The notes below the pieces were generated by a model. The model was not told the origin of the DNA. It worked only from the letters and a program-made list of their open reading frames with translations, and searched no databases. Below are positions 1 to 10,021 of a stretch of DNA of 41,216 nt, one piece after another. Each line of letters starts with the position of its first letter. The first letter of the stretch is position 1. Source of the DNA: a virus. Taxonomy: Duplodnaviria > Caudoviricetes. A program made the translations under genes and the position numbers. The DNA is taken from IMG/VR virus record IMGVR_UViG_3300043610_000016, positions 1-41,216 of that record, one strand, 5' to 3'.

Positions 1-144
1 GCAGGCGCAGGAGGCGAGCCTCGCCGCGCGCGGCCTTGCCCCGGGATCAAACAACTGGGGCTCGGTACAGGACGCCCAGAACCGGCAGGACACCGATCAG
101 ACCGCAGCGGCCGTCGTTGCCGGTGGCGCGGAGCAGTCGCGCAT
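1..144 (+). repeat. Terminal redundancy, copy 1 (circular assembly overlap)
   Basis: 1-144 matches 41073-41216 except at 127/41199 (C/T) and 130/41202 (G/C). Confidence 0.97.
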
Positions 145-682
145 GCTGTCCGACGAGCGCGCCGGGAACCAGCAGCAGCAGGACTACGCCAGCTTCTTGA
201 ACAACCTGCGCAGCGGCCAGCTGCAAGAGCGGCAGGCGGTGCGCAATCAGCCGATCAACGAGATCAGCGCCCTGATGTCGGGATCGCAGGTCACCGTGCC
301 GCAGTTCCAGCAGTTCTCGCGGCAGGGCGTCGATGCGGCCCCCATCGGCCAATACATCAATCAGGATTACCAGAACAAGGTCAACGCGGCCAACGCCACC
401 AATCAGGGCCTGTTCGGGCTCGGCGGCGCGGGCCTCGGCATGTTCTCGTTCTCCTCGGATCGCCGCCTGAAGAAGGAAATATTCCCACTGCGCGGCCGTC
501 AGCTGGCCGGGCTGCCGCTCTACGCCTACCGCTACGACCAGAAAATCTACAAGGACCTGCCACGCGGCATCCAGATCGGCGTCATGTCCGACGAGGCTCG
601 CAAACTTCACCCCGATGCCGTTCACGTCGACAGGCAAGGTTACGATGTCGTCGACTACGGCCTGCTCCTGAGGAGACACTGA
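2..682 (+). CDS. 3' part of an ejection/internal virion protein (starts at 40612) with a C-terminal Peptidase_S74-like chaperone domain
   Basis: In frame with the 40612 ORF across the junction; Q/N/A/G-rich body; SDRRLK...GLPLYAYRY...GVMSDE...PDAV...GYDVVDY motif. Confidence 0.8.
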   Translation, partial: QAQEASLAARGLAPGSNNWGSVQDAQNRQDTDQTAAAVVAGGAEQSRMLSDERAGNQQQQDYASFLNNLRSGQLQERQAVRNQPINEISALMSGSQVTVPQFQQFSRQGVDAAPIGQYINQDYQNKVNAANATNQGLFGLGGAGLGMFSFSSDRRLKKEIFPLRGRQLAGLPLYAYRYDQKIYKDLPRGIQIGVMSDEARKLHPDAVHVDRQGYDVVDYGLLLRRH

Positions 683-683
683 T

Positions 684-1121
684 ATGGCCCTACCACCCGG
701 CGCAATTCCGCAGAACTCGATGCCGCGAGGTGGTGGCCTGCCACCGCCACCGCAGCCCGGCGGCGGCATGGGCCCACCGCCCGGCGCGATCCCGCAGGGC
801 GCACCCATGGGACCACCGCCCGGGCCGCCCGGCATGGGCCCGCCCGGCATGGAGCAGCCACCGATGATGCCACCGATGCCTGTGGGCACGGCCGTGTCGA
901 TCATGGACCCATCGCAGATCATCCCGCCCGGCGGGATGGTGCCACCGCCCGGACCGCCTCCGGGTGGTCCACCCGGCCTTGAAGGACCGCCTCCGGGCCC
1001 TCCGGGGTTGGGTGGTCCTCCTCCGGGTGCCGGTGGACCTCCGGGTATGGGACCACCACCCGGTGGCCCGCCTGACCGGCAGAAACTGGCGGCACTGATG
1101 ATGGCCGGAGGTCAGAGGTAA
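684..1121 (+). CDS. Pro/Gly/Met-rich low-complexity protein
   Basis: AGGAG RBS; tightly packed between flanking genes; PPGG repeats. Confidence 0.75.
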   Translation: MALPPGAIPQNSMPRGGGLPPPPQPGGGMGPPPGAIPQGAPMGPPPGPPGMGPPGMEQPPMMPPMPVGTAVSIMDPSQIIPPGGMVPPPGPPPGGPPGLEGPPPGPPGLGGPPPGAGGPPGMGPPPGGPPDRQKLAALMMAGGQR

Positions 1122-1124
1122 GCC

Positions 1125-1967
1125 ATGCCCGCGAACAAGGAAGTCGAGGCCTATATCCGGCAGAAGGCGATTGCACTGGGGATAAACCCGGAGGTCGCCC
1201 TCAAGGTCTCGCGCGCCGAGGCCCTCAACGTTTTCGACCCGTCGCAACCCGACCGGGGCGGCGACGAGGGCTCTTCCTTTGGCCCGTTCCAGCTCCACTA
1301 CAAGGGCATGTCGAAGTCGATGCCCAATGCGGGGATGGGTGACGACTTCACTGCCGCGACCGGCCTGCACGCCAGCGATCCCTCGACATGGCGGCAGCAG
1401 GTCGACTTCGCCCTCGGGCAGGCCAAGACCGGCGGCTGGGCTCCATGGATGGGAGCAGAGAAGATCGGCATTACCGGCAAGATGGGCATCGACGGCTCTG
1501 CCCGGGCGATGCAGCAGCCGGGCGAGCAGTCGGTCACCGAGTATCGTAATCGGCCCCAGCAGCCCGCTGGAGCGCCGGGAGAGGTCCCGCCGATGCCTCA
1601 ACCCGTTTATGTCGGCGGCGCGCCTGTACCACCTGCTCCTGTGGACGAAGCGGGCCGGACGCAACTGGCACAGACGGCCGCTCCGGCCACGCCTGCAGCT
1701 CCTGCGCAATCCGGCGGCGGGGTGTTCGATTGGCTCAAGGGGCACCTGAAGACCGGCGAAAAGGGCGATGACGCCCGCAAGAACCTCGCCACGGCGATGT
1801 CCGGGATGGCAGGCAAGCAGCAGACCGTGCCGCAGATCGTCCAGCCGAAGGCGGCGCGCGTCGACGATCCGACAATTGCGACAATCGATCCGCAGCAGGC
1901 GCTGATGCAGCGCCAGCAGATGGCCGAGATCATGGCAAAACTCAATTCAGGAAAGCTGTGGGGATAA
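1125..1967 (+). CDS. Virion-associated lytic transglycosylase/lysozyme-like ejection protein
   Basis: N-terminal GINPEVALKVSRAE...GSSFGPFQL resembles the SLT catalytic Glu and G-x-x-Q motifs; sits in the ejection cluster. Confidence 0.65.
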   Translation: MPANKEVEAYIRQKAIALGINPEVALKVSRAEALNVFDPSQPDRGGDEGSSFGPFQLHYKGMSKSMPNAGMGDDFTAATGLHASDPSTWRQQVDFALGQAKTGGWAPWMGAEKIGITGKMGIDGSARAMQQPGEQSVTEYRNRPQQPAGAPGEVPPMPQPVYVGGAPVPPAPVDEAGRTQLAQTAAPATPAAPAQSGGGVFDWLKGHLKTGEKGDDARKNLATAMSGMAGKQQTVPQIVQPKAARVDDPTIATIDPQQALMQRQQMAEIMAKLNSGKLWG

Positions 1968-3187
1968 TGGCAAGGTTCGCAAGTTTCTCACCCTTCAACA
2001 CCACCGGCACCCCGGGCAATGGTGGTCTCACCCTCGATGCGCTGATGAAGCGGCAGGCCGATCTGGCCAAGAACGCCACCCAGCTGCCGGAGGCGCAGGA
2101 CATGCGCTCGCCGTGGCAGGGCGCGGCCTATCTCGCCAACGTGCTCGGCGACAAGATCAGCCAAGGCCGCGCCGCCAACGACATCACCGCCACCCGCGAT
2201 GCGCTGGCCAAGGTCACCTCTGGCATCGACTACGACGCCGGGGCGACCAACCAGCAGATCAACGAGATTGCCCAGTACAACCCGGAGCTGGCCGAGAAGC
2301 TGATGCAGCAGCGGATGGACCGGGCCAAGGAGCAGCGCGGCTACACCCAGCAGCGCGAGATGCAGGATGCCGGGTTCACCCATGCCGACACGTCGCGGGA
2401 GGATCAGCAGACTTTCCAAGGCGGGCAGCAGGAGGACCAGCAGCAGTCGACCATCGACGCGGCAACCGCCTCAGACGAGCGCAAGAAGCAGGAGGAAATC
2501 CGCAAGGCCGAGGCTGGGGCCAAGCACATCGTTTCCGGCGACGAGGCCGCCAAGCTCGGCGGCGATCCCGGTCGTCAGTACACGGTCAGCGCCGATGGCA
2601 CCACGCTCACCGATATCACGCCGACGCCCACCACCGAATATCGACCGATGACGCCGGACGAGATGAAGGCCTACAACCTCGATCCGAGCAAGTCGTGGCG
2701 GTTCAACATCAAGGAAAAGAAGCCGGAGCCAGTCGGCAGCGAAGTGCAGCAGCAGCTGATCCCGTCCGAAGTCGGGGCCAAGCTCGGCCTCGCCGACGAG
2801 TTCCTGCGCAATTACGACAGCATCGTCGCCTCGGCGACGTCAGGCGACCTGACCGGGCCCATCGACACGTTGTCGGCGCGCTACGGACGTGGTGACGGGG
2901 CCGATGCCTACGGCAAGATCAAGCAGGGAACCGAAGGTCTGGTCCGGCTAATGACCGGTGCTGGCATGAATGAACAGGAGGCGCGCGACCGCGTCGCCCA
3001 GTACGAGCCGTCCTACACCGACAATGCCGCTTCAGTGCTCGGCAAACTGCAACGCCTGAAGAACGCCATCGACGCGGTGCGCACGGGTGCAACCTTCGGC
3101 CGCAATGCCCCACCGGCTCCGGGCGGTGGCGGCGGTGGCGGCGGATCGTCGGTCGATGATGCATTGAACCAGTATGGGGATCGATAA
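1967..3187 (+). CDS. Internal virion/ejection protein
   Basis: TAATG coupling; helical Q/A-rich sequence; podovirus synteny. Confidence 0.65.
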   Translation: MARFASFSPFNTTGTPGNGGLTLDALMKRQADLAKNATQLPEAQDMRSPWQGAAYLANVLGDKISQGRAANDITATRDALAKVTSGIDYDAGATNQQINEIAQYNPELAEKLMQQRMDRAKEQRGYTQQREMQDAGFTHADTSREDQQTFQGGQQEDQQQSTIDAATASDERKKQEEIRKAEAGAKHIVSGDEAAKLGGDPGRQYTVSADGTTLTDITPTPTTEYRPMTPDEMKAYNLDPSKSWRFNIKEKKPEPVGSEVQQQLIPSEVGAKLGLADEFLRNYDSIVASATSGDLTGPIDTLSARYGRGDGADAYGKIKQGTEGLVRLMTGAGMNEQEARDRVAQYEPSYTDNAASVLGKLQRLKNAIDAVRTGATFGRNAPPAPGGGGGGGGSSVDDALNQYGDR

Positions 3188-5149
3188 GTGGCAACGCTCG
3201 AGGAAGTCGAACGGGCCTTCATGAAGGCCCACCAAGCGGGAGACAAGGCCAACGCCAAGGTGCTCGCCGACGAGGTGCGCCGCCTGCGCGCCGACACCGG
3301 GCCGACCATCGACAAGGCGCTGAAGGAAAACGCCCAGAGCGAGCTGTCCAGTGCCTCGACCCTCGACCCGACCAAGAACCCCTATCCGACCCGGCAGCAG
3401 TACGAGCAGGCCCCGGGCTGGGTGCAGCGCCTGTCCAATCTGCGCGACAGTGCTCTCCTTGCCCAGCGCGGTTTCTTCGGCGGCACGATGGAGCGCATCC
3501 CGGCGGCCGGGCGCAGCCTGCTGCCCGGCTCCGAGGGTTACAGTGCGGAGCTGAAGAAGGGCACCGACGAGATCGAGCGGGCCAAGATCAGGCTCGGCGG
3601 TCCCGCATCGACCGTTTCCGAACTGGGCGGGGCGCTGGCGCAGCCGATGAAGGGCAAGCTCGGCACCGACATCGCCCTCGGCGCATCCTACGGCGCACTC
3701 GCCAACGACAAGGACCCGCTGACCGGCGCAGCTTTCGGCGGCGGTGGTGCCGCTGCTGGCAGCGCTATCGGCGCGGCACTGGCCAAGGGCGGCACCGAGT
3801 TCTCCAAGCTGTGGTCGGCCTACGCCGCCGAGCCCTCGGCCTATGCCAAGCAGATGCTGTTCGAGGCTGGGCAGAAAATGGGGCTGACCGCCGCAGATGT
3901 GCGCAGCGCGATCCGCGAGCACGGCAGCGAGACCATGGCCGCCGACGTGCTCGGCAAGCCCGGCACAGCCATCGGCCGCCGCGCAGCCAACGTCTCGCCG
4001 GAAGCACGGGAGGTCGTCGAGGCTGCCACCAGCGGCCGCAAGGCCGGGCAGAACGAGCGGGTGCTCGGCACCATGGAGGAGATCGCGGGCCTGCCGGGTG
4101 GCGGCCGCCGGGCCGTCGACGACCTGAAGGAGGAGACGCGCCAGCTGTTCCAGCCCGGGGTCAGCCGGGCCTACAAGGAGGCTGCTGCTGCAGGCTACGA
4201 CCTGCCGCGCACGCCGTTCGAGGATTTGCACCAGTCGCCGATGTTCCAGAAGGCCTACGATCAGGCCGAGAACGACCTGAAGAACCGCGTCGCTGCCGGG
4301 CAGGCTGATGCCGGGGGCGAGCTGGCCCGCTACGACGAGACCAAGAAGATCATCGACAGTGTCGGCTCCCAAGCCGCCCGGGCTGGAGACAGGAACACCG
4401 CCGATCAGGCCTTGGCCCTATCGCGCAGGCTGCGCGAGGTGATGGACACCTCCATGGCCGGGCCAGAATATGCCGGTGCGCGCGCCGCCGGGCAGAAGGC
4501 GGCCAAGGCGCAGGAAGCCATCGACACCGGGCAAAAGCTGGCAGGCAACCGCATCCCCACCGACCTCCCGGGCAAGGCGCAGGAGACCGGCGACCATGGC
4601 GTCAAGCGCCTGATCGCGCAGGGCTACACGCTGGAGCAGGCGCAGAACCTTTTGAACAAGGGTTCGACCGAGGCCACAATCAACCTGCTGCGGCGACCAG
4701 CCCAGCAGGAAGCGGCGCAGGCAGCGCTCGGCCCTCAGGGCTCGGAGCGGCTGAACCAGCGTCTCGGCACCGAAAATATGTTCAACGCCACCAATCGCGA
4801 GCTGGTCGGCAATTCAACCACAGCGCGGCAACTCGTCGAGGCCGGATTGCTGGGCGCGGGCGGTGCGGCTGGTGGTTACCTTACCGGCTACGCCGACCCC
4901 CTGACCGGCGGTGCGCTCGGCTTCGGCCTGAAGGCCCGGTCGCTGGGCAAGACTGCCGCCGAGAACATTGCCTCCAAGGCCTTCCAGAAAGCGGCCCCGG
5001 ACGTCGCCGAGCACCTCGTCGGCTCGCCGTCGACGATCCCGTTCGAGCGGGTGATCCCGGCGGGCAAGCTGGAAATGGCCGCACCAGAGCTGCGTGACTG
5101 GCTGACCCGGCTGATGACGCAGGGCTCGATCTCTGCAGGAGGGCGCTGA
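3188..5149 (+). CDS. Large internal virion/DNA-ejection protein
   Basis: 653 aa, Ala/Gly-rich with hydrophobic GA stretches; synteny. Confidence 0.7.
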   Translation: MATLEEVERAFMKAHQAGDKANAKVLADEVRRLRADTGPTIDKALKENAQSELSSASTLDPTKNPYPTRQQYEQAPGWVQRLSNLRDSALLAQRGFFGGTMERIPAAGRSLLPGSEGYSAELKKGTDEIERAKIRLGGPASTVSELGGALAQPMKGKLGTDIALGASYGALANDKDPLTGAAFGGGGAAAGSAIGAALAKGGTEFSKLWSAYAAEPSAYAKQMLFEAGQKMGLTAADVRSAIREHGSETMAADVLGKPGTAIGRRAANVSPEAREVVEAATSGRKAGQNERVLGTMEEIAGLPGGGRRAVDDLKEETRQLFQPGVSRAYKEAAAAGYDLPRTPFEDLHQSPMFQKAYDQAENDLKNRVAAGQADAGGELARYDETKKIIDSVGSQAARAGDRNTADQALALSRRLREVMDTSMAGPEYAGARAAGQKAAKAQEAIDTGQKLAGNRIPTDLPGKAQETGDHGVKRLIAQGYTLEQAQNLLNKGSTEATINLLRRPAQQEAAQAALGPQGSERLNQRLGTENMFNATNRELVGNSTTARQLVEAGLLGAGGAAGGYLTGYADPLTGGALGFGLKARSLGKTAAENIASKAFQKAAPDVAEHLVGSPSTIPFERVIPAGKLEMAAPELRDWLTRLMTQGSISAGGR

Positions 5150-6543
5150 TGGTCGACCTTCTCAAACAGCCGACACTGACGCCGCACAAGAACACCATCC
5201 GCGAGGGCATGGAGCAGGCGCTCGGCGATTTCTACCGGGCGCTCGGCTACAGCGACAATTACAGCCGGGGCGTCGGCGCAAGCAATCTGCTCGAGAACAC
5301 CACCGGCCTCGGGGCTTTTACCTCGGGCCAAGATGCCGGAGAGAGCGCCGGTCGCGGCGACTGGAAGGGCGCAGCGGGCAACCTCGCCATGGCCGGACTG
5401 GCCGCCATGCCGGGCGGCAGCGAGGCTCGCGCCGGGGTCAAGAAGGTCGCCGAGGAGGTCGCGGCTCCGGCCCTGCGCGATGAGCTGGCCGCCGTGGTGC
5501 GGCCATCGCAGGAGAAGTCGGGCATCTTCGACTACAGCGTCAAGAACGCACCCTACGACGCCGGGGTGCAGCGCTTCGTGCCGAAGAAGGTGCCGGAGCG
5601 CACCCAAGACCTGATGAACAACCCCGAGGTTTACGACAAGTTCATGCAGGGCATGGAGCGCGGCCTGCCGGTCAAGGACTGGTACGAGACCGGGCCGCTG
5701 GAAAAGTCGTTCACCGAGCAGTTCGGGGCCGACACCGGCCGCGACCGCTTCAACCAGTTCATCGACGCGGTGGCCGCCACATCGCCACGATCCGATGTCG
5801 GCACCAACGTCAGGAACGCCAGCTACTACTATGGCAAGGCGCAGCCGTTCCCGGGACGCAACTCGATCCCGTCGATTTCCGACCTGCCGCCGAAGAACCC
5901 GAAGCCCTACGGGCATCTCGCCCAGAACCTGCACCGGATGAACGCCGAGAAGATGGTGTTCCCGGGCGGGGCCGGGCTCGACTTCAAGGCCAATGCCAAA
6001 CCGATCTCGTTCGCCGCCAATCTCAAGGGTGATCCCAACCCGGTCACCGTCGACACCCACGCCTTCCGCGCCCCGAACATCCTGTCCGGTGATCCGCGTT
6101 TTCTCGAGCGTTCCTTCATGAACGAGAAGGGAGCCACGCCGAGGAACATTCAGGACGAGCTGGCGATGGGCGACCTGACCATGGAGGACGCGCAGAAGCG
6201 GGGGGCATTGTGGGCGTCGAAGCCGCTGCCGACCGAGTATGCCGCCTATGAGGACCTCTACCGGCGCGGAGCCAACGATCTCGGCATCACACCGAGGGAA
6301 GCGCAGGCGGCGTCGTGGGTCGGCCACGGGCCGATGACCGGGCTGGAGAGTGCGCCGAAAAGCTTCATGGACTTCATGGAGGAACGCATCCTCAAGACCG
6401 CCCGGGAGCGCAATATGGACCCGCAGGACGTCTGGAACAAAGCCATGCGCGGCTCGATGCCGCTGCTCGGCGGTGCCGGAGCCGGGGTCGGCCTCGGGGC
6501 TTCGATCCTCTCGCAGCCGGGCGAAAAGAAACAGGAGTATTGA
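5149..6543 (+). CDS. Putative ejected protein with an HhH-GPD glycosylase-like (DUF7178-like) domain
   Basis: WY...AATSPR...N...K..SFAANL...VTVDTH...QAASW motifs; Gly/Ala-rich termini; TGATG coupling. Confidence 0.5.
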   Translation: MVDLLKQPTLTPHKNTIREGMEQALGDFYRALGYSDNYSRGVGASNLLENTTGLGAFTSGQDAGESAGRGDWKGAAGNLAMAGLAAMPGGSEARAGVKKVAEEVAAPALRDELAAVVRPSQEKSGIFDYSVKNAPYDAGVQRFVPKKVPERTQDLMNNPEVYDKFMQGMERGLPVKDWYETGPLEKSFTEQFGADTGRDRFNQFIDAVAATSPRSDVGTNVRNASYYYGKAQPFPGRNSIPSISDLPPKNPKPYGHLAQNLHRMNAEKMVFPGGAGLDFKANAKPISFAANLKGDPNPVTVDTHAFRAPNILSGDPRFLERSFMNEKGATPRNIQDELAMGDLTMEDAQKRGALWASKPLPTEYAAYEDLYRRGANDLGITPREAQAASWVGHGPMTGLESAPKSFMDFMEERILKTARERNMDPQDVWNKAMRGSMPLLGGAGAGVGLGASILSQPGEKKQEY

Positions 6544-6545
6544 TC

Positions 6546-7574
6546 ATGCCTTGGGATGGTAGCGGCAATTTCACACGGTCTTACAAGTGGCAGGACGACG
6601 CCACGGCCGACATCAAGATCAGGGCCGACCGGCACGACAGCAACGACGACGACATTGCGTCAGGGCTGGCGAACGCCATCGCCAAGGATGGCCAGTCGCG
6701 GCCGACCGCCGATATTTCGCTGAACGAGCACAAGATCGTCGATCTGACCGATCCGACCGACGCGCAGGATGCCGCCACCAAGAAATACGTCGACACGTTC
6801 AAGACCTTCTCGACCGGCATCACCATCTCGGGCGCGGACGATAACGGGCGGATCAGCTTCTCCTCTGCCACCGGCATACAAGGGCTTTCGTTCACGGCGG
6901 CCGACTTTGCTTGGCTGGCGCGGCTGGCCGCTGTCGGGCCGCCTGCGCTGCTCAACCGGCTGGTGCTCAACACCAAGGCCGATGGCACCGGCACCGACGT
7001 CATCGAGCTGCGCGACGACGGCAGCGCGCTGTTCACCGGCAAGGCGACCGTCAGGGGCACCAGCGCCCAGTTCCAGATCGTGCCGACAGCGGGCAACGGC
7101 CATGTCTACTGGATGGCAGCGGACGGCGTGACCACCCGCATGATCATGTACACGTCGGGCGGCGCGCAGGGCAACGGCGTCGTCTCGCTCGGCAACGGTG
7201 TCACCTTCCAGTTCGGTGCCGATGGCAATCTCTATGGCCATGGCGGTGCCTACCTTCAGGGGACCACCGGCAATATCGTCGGCTCGGTGTGGAACAGCTG
7301 GGGAGCGGGCGACGCTTATAGCGCCATCAACCTCCGCATCGAAGCCCGGGCGCAGGCATGGGCAGCGTCCTACCTCAACAGCGCGGTCACCAGTATGCGC
7401 ATGGCCGGTGAGACGGCGTTCAACCGCAGCGGCGTCACCGGCAAGTGGCAAACCAGCGGTTATGTCTTCACCGGGGTGCAGGGCACATCCGGCGGCGGCG
7501 ACGCCACCTATTTCGCCCGCCAGCCGCAGCACTTCATTCCAGCCGTTGGCTGGCAAGCATCATTCCTGTTCTAG
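6546..7574 (+). CDS. Tail fibre/tailspike protein
   Basis: N-terminus MPWDGSGNFTR...DDIASGLANAIAKDGQ, DPTDAQDAATKKYVD motif, beta-rich C-terminus. Confidence 0.75.
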   Translation: MPWDGSGNFTRSYKWQDDATADIKIRADRHDSNDDDIASGLANAIAKDGQSRPTADISLNEHKIVDLTDPTDAQDAATKKYVDTFKTFSTGITISGADDNGRISFSSATGIQGLSFTAADFAWLARLAAVGPPALLNRLVLNTKADGTGTDVIELRDDGSALFTGKATVRGTSAQFQIVPTAGNGHVYWMAADGVTTRMIMYTSGGAQGNGVVSLGNGVTFQFGADGNLYGHGGAYLQGTTGNIVGSVWNSWGAGDAYSAINLRIEARAQAWAASYLNSAVTSMRMAGETAFNRSGVTGKWQTSGYVFTGVQGTSGGGDATYFARQPQHFIPAVGWQASFLF

Positions 7575-7585
7575 GAGGGGCACAC

Positions 7586-7951
7586 ATGAACGTCATCAAA
7601 AACTGGGGCAAAATGATCGAGACCGAGGTGACCATTCCAGCGGCAACGATACCTCATTTCAATGAAGGCGAGCCCGATATTGTCGTCGTGCCGGAGCGCA
7701 CCGTCCGGGTGCAGGGCAACGCCGATGGCACTTGGTACAACCTCTCCAAGGACATCCCGCACAAGGATGGCCAATGGTTCATCGCGGTGCAGGAGGAAGA
7801 CGGCTTCATTGCCTGCTGCGAACGCGATCCGACGATGATCTCGCTCGTCGGCTACGACATTTTGCAGATCGAGCATCCCGGCCCGCGCGAAGCGATTTTC
7901 TGCAAATTCTGGAACGGCAAGGAGGTCGTCGATGACAACGGTCAATCGTGA
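7586..7951 (+). CDS. Probable tail fibre assembly protein
   Basis: AGGAGG RBS; follows the fibre gene; WY...IA...C..DPTM...FWNG pattern. Confidence 0.55.
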   Translation: MNVIKNWGKMIETEVTIPAATIPHFNEGEPDIVVVPERTVRVQGNADGTWYNLSKDIPHKDGQWFIAVQEEDGFIACCERDPTMISLVGYDILQIEHPGPREAIFCKFWNGKEVVDDNGQS

Positions 7952-8615
7952 GCTGGTGCTCAACCAATATGAACCGTCGACGTTCTCGCTGCGCGCCCCG
8001 CGCGGGTCCGACCTGACGATCAACACGCAGCTGCTCGACCAGAACCGCAACCCGTACACCGCCGACATCGAGGCGACGATCCTCTTGACCGGGCGATCCT
8101 CGGCGCGCGATCTGATCTACGCCATGCCCGCCGTCGACATCGCCAACGGCAAAATTCGGGCTGTGATCCCGGGCGACGAGCTGACCGACCAGAACGGCTA
8201 CAACGTGGTGGTCACTGGCAGCCTCGACGGGGCGATGTACATTCTCGCACAGGGTTATCTGATGCTCGCTGGCAAGGGCGTTTCGGTGGCGCAGGCAGAG
8301 ACCATCACCAACATTCCGCTGACCATCACCCGGGGCAATGCCATCACGCTCGACCTGAAACTGTGGCAGGACGAAGGCAAGAATGCGCAGTACCTCGGCG
8401 CGTCGATCAGCGCCGTGCTGCGCACCAATGCCACTGGCCCCGTCGTGCAGGAGATCACCGTGACGCCGTTCGGCCTGCCCAACGAGTTCCGCCTGACGCT
8501 GACCGCCGAGCAGACGGCGCTGCTCACCCAGATCACCGTCCGCTACTGGGAGGTCGTCGCCGTCGTCGACGCCACCGCAATGACCCTCCTGCAAGGCGAG
8601 GTAATCGTCCTATGA
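7932..8615 (+). CDS. Tail-associated beta-sandwich adaptor (BppU-like, two repeats)
   Basis: Duplicated RG-x-x-L-T pattern and QG-x-x-x-L ends; lies in the fibre cluster. Confidence 0.5.
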   Translation: MTTVNRELVLNQYEPSTFSLRAPRGSDLTINTQLLDQNRNPYTADIEATILLTGRSSARDLIYAMPAVDIANGKIRAVIPGDELTDQNGYNVVVTGSLDGAMYILAQGYLMLAGKGVSVAQAETITNIPLTITRGNAITLDLKLWQDEGKNAQYLGASISAVLRTNATGPVVQEITVTPFGLPNEFRLTLTAEQTALLTQITVRYWEVVAVVDATAMTLLQGEVIVL

Positions 8616-10021
8616 CCAAGGTGGTTGTCGATCTGAAGCTGGTGGCGCTGGCCGATGCGTTCGACGTGACGGTCCCGGTCGCCCGGGAGATGGCAACGCC
8701 GCCGCCGCCGCTCGATATCGGCCTCGTCGAGCTGAACGAGGTCGGTGTCGAGGTCCCCGGCCCAGAAGGTCCAGACGGCCCACAGGGGCCGACCGGATCG
8801 CAGGGGCCGCAAGGTGTGCAAGGTCTGCAAGGTCCGCAGGGCACCCCCGGTCTGCCGGGCGAGACTGGACCGGAAGGACCGGATGGACCGGCAGGGCCTC
8901 AGGGCGAGATAGGCCCGCAGGGCAACGAGGGTCCACCGTCCTTCCCTGACGCGCCGGAAGATGGCGACACCTATGGTCGCAAGGATGGCGCATGGGTCGA
9001 GGTGACAGGCGGTGGTGGTGGAACCGGCTCGCTCATCGTGTCCGACACCGAGCCCGCTGATCCGGCCACGCCCAACCAGACGATCTGGTGGGAGAGCGAC
9101 ACCGGCAACCTGTTTCTCGACTATGACGACGGCAACACCCGGCAATGGGTGCAGGTCGGCGGCCCAACCTTTGGCAGCGGTGCAACCGGGGCGCAGGGAC
9201 CGACCGGCGCAACCGGCCCAACCGGGCCAGAGGGCCCGGAGGGTCCAGAAGGACCAGAGGGTCCCGAAGGTCCCGCAGGCCCGACCGGCGCAGATAGTAC
9301 CGTACCGGGTCCGACTGGGCCGACCGGCGCAACTGGAGCGACCGGCCCCGCAGGCGCGGACAGCACAGTGCCCGGCCCAACCGGCCCGACAGGTGCCACC
9401 GGGGCGACCGGCGCGCAGGGCTCAATCGGCCCGCAGGGTGTTCCCGGCACGACCGGACCCGCAGGAACAACAGGGGCTGCAGGCGCGACTGGCGCGACTG
9501 GACCGGCAGGCACGACCGGCCCCGCAGGGGCGACAGGCGCGACAGGTGCGACCGGACCACAGGGCGTCCCCGGCGCGAATGCGATCAATGCCGCACTCTA
9601 CACCTGCTCGATCTCCAACACTGGCACGCAGTCGATCACTCAAAACACCCCGGTCAAAGTGACCGCGCTCGGCGCGGTCGACTGGGACCCATCGTCATTC
9701 TGGGATAATACCAACAAACGGATCAAGCCGACCTTGGCCGGGCTCTATCTCTGCTCCGGCCGCGTCACGCTGGTGAACCTGCAGGATGGCCGCCGCATGG
9801 TCGTCTGGATCGTCAAGAACGGCTCGACCTCCTACATGGTCTCTCGCGGCACCTCGGGCGCGTCGGGGCAGGCTACAGGCTTCGGCGGCTCGCAGCTCAT
9901 CCATTTCAACGGCACCACCGATTACATCGAGCTGCAAACCTATCAGGCCGGAGATCAGGCCGAAGCTATCGAAACCTCCGCCTACTACACCACCCTCTCA
10001 GCGCAATTCGTGGGGACCTGA
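8612..10021 (+). CDS. Collagen-like fibre with foldon and C1q-like C-terminal head
   Basis: Two G-X-Y runs; [18 protein letters not shown] foldon-like motif; C-terminal [16 protein letters not shown]...[10 protein letters not shown]. Confidence 0.8.
   Translation: MTKVVVDLKLVALADAFDVTVPVAREMATPPPPLDIGLVELNEVGVEVPGPEGPDGPQGPTGSQGPQGVQGLQGPQGTPGLPGETGPEGPDGPAGPQGEIGPQGNEGPPSFPDAPEDGDTYGRKDGAWVEVTGGGGGTGSLIVSDTEPADPATPNQTIWWESDTGNLFLDYDDGNTRQWVQVGGPTFGSGATGAQGPTGATGPTGPEGPEGPEGPEGPEGPAGPTGADSTVPGPTGPTGATGATGPAGADSTVPGPTGPTGATGATGAQGSIGPQGVPGTTGPAGTTGAAGATGATGPAGTTGPAGATGATGATGPQGVPGANAINAALYTCSISNTGTQSITQNTPVKVTALGAVDWDPSSFWDNTNKRIKPTLAGLYLCSGRVTLVNLQDGRRMVVWIVKNGSTSYMVSRGTSGASGQATGFGGSQLIHFNGTTDYIELQTYQAGDQAEAIETSAYYTTLSAQFVGT

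Noticed and set aside
47-6327. Long antisense ORFs (e.g. 47-922, 690-1745, 3032-4372, 4888-6327, also 36240-37544)
   Set aside because: Shadow frames of GC-rich genes, with no motifs or RBS.
6315-10021. Long N-terminal extensions in the ORF track (6315, 7445, 8363; also 10419, 19113, 23591, 38359, 39969)
   Set aside because: They overlap upstream genes; downstream ATGs have an RBS or stop-start coupling.
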